A DNA stretch of 64,000 nt. Source: Podarcis cretensis (lineage: Eukaryota). Shown here one piece after another: positions 63,020 to 64,000 of the stretch. The notes below the pieces were generated by a model. The model did no database searches. It saw nothing but the letters and a program-made list of their open reading frames with translations, and was not told the origin of the DNA. The position numbers were made by a program, and so were the translations under genes. The stretch's first letter is position 1. The number at the start of each line of letters is the position of its first letter. The DNA lies in the NCBI GenBank assembly GCA_951804945.1, contig OX638164.1:29760001-29824000 (forward strand), written 5' to 3'.

Positions 63020-64000
63020 CATGGAATCAGACCGTTTAAAGGGTCTTTGCAGCTGTCTAGTCCAACCCTCTGCTCAGAACAGAACACCCAGTGCTAGGTT
63101 ATTATGATTTATTAATTTTTATACCACCCTTTGCATCCCCAGCAGACAGAGGGCTCTCCAGCCTCTGCTCAAAGACCTCTAGAGGGGGAGTATTTCACCA
63201 CCCCTCCATTGTCCAGCTGCTCTTACTGTCAAGAAATTTCCTCTATTGTTCAATCCAAATCTACCCTCCTGTAACTTAAGTCTAAGAGATATAACCCTTT
63301 GACCCCTGGAGTCATGGAGAACAAGCCTTTGCAAACTCTTGCATGTGACACAGCCCTTTCAAGGATTTGTAGAGTGCTATTAGGTTCCACCTCAGTCTTC
63401 TCTTAGCTAAGCATAACTGGTTCCAGTTATGGACTTGTCTTCCATACTTCTGACCATCTTTACTATCTTCCTCTGATCCCATCCCAATTTGTCTACATCC
63501 TCCTTAATATGTGGAGCTAGAAATGAACATAGTAATCCAGATGAGGTCTGACTACTGCAGAATAAAGTCAGTTATTCCGTCTTGTGACTTGATGATGGCT
63601 CTGTTAATGCGGACTAAGATCTCACTGCAGCCACATCACACCCCTGACTTGTGTTCTGCTTTGTGATAAGCTACAGTCCTGAGATACTTTTCACATACCC
63701 TTCTGCCGGGCCATGTATTGCCCATTCTATCCTTGTGCATCTGATTCCTCCCACACTTGTTCAGAACTTTGCATTTGTCCCTACTGAATTTCTTTTTGTT
63801 GGGTTCTGCCTATTTTCCCTTCTGTCTTCTGGGGTCCTAGCTGTCCCTCAAAGTTCAGTGCCATTTGGAACTCTGGTAAGGATTCCCTCTATGCCCTCAT
63901 CCAATATTTAAATCCTTATCAGATTTCCAGTTCCCCCCAAAAGTCATTGATTGTTGGAAGAATGCCAGGCCCAGAACAGAAGCCTGCAGCACTCCACTCA
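63020..64000 (-). mobile_element. Degenerate CR1 LINE 3' portion
   Basis: Reverse-complement CR1 3' hallmarks (GTCTAGTCCAACCCTCTGCTC, CTCCAGCCTCTGCTCAAAGACCTC, CTCTTACTGTCAAGAAATTTCCTC). Confidence 0.7.

Overview
This is vertebrate (not prokaryotic) genomic DNA, very probably from a squamate lizard: Sauria SINEs, RTE-BovB, CR1 and Tigger/hAT MITEs are present, and the SINE type suggests a lacertid (inference). The window holds the block orthologous to human 11q23.3 in reverse orientation, with gene order and relative strands unchanged: PHLDB1 (-, 5' exons only), ARCN1 (-, complete, 10 coding exons, 510 aa), IFT46 (+, complete, 12 coding exons, 362 aa), TMEM25 (-, complete, 8 coding exons, 366 aa), TTC36 (-, complete, 3 exons, 198 aa) and the 3' half of KMT2A/MLL1 (-, last 16 exons, 2080 aa from ePHD4 through FYRN, the Taspase sites, TAD, FYRC and Win motif to SET). 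I placed exon boundaries by hand from splice signals and reading-frame continuity. Human exon sizes and protein sequences used for comparison are recalled, not looked up. Most ORFs in the supplied track are spurious GC-rich or antisense frames. I found no evidence of a new biological system. The most noteworthy details are a GC-AG intron in KMT2A; an IFT46 N-terminal extension in which the mammalian start Met is a CTG (Leu); three candidate alternative first exons of PHLDB1; RFX X-boxes at the IFT46 promoter and over the PHLDB1 start codon; a multi-layer transposon nest; and TE insertions very close to KMT2A/ARCN1 splice sites.
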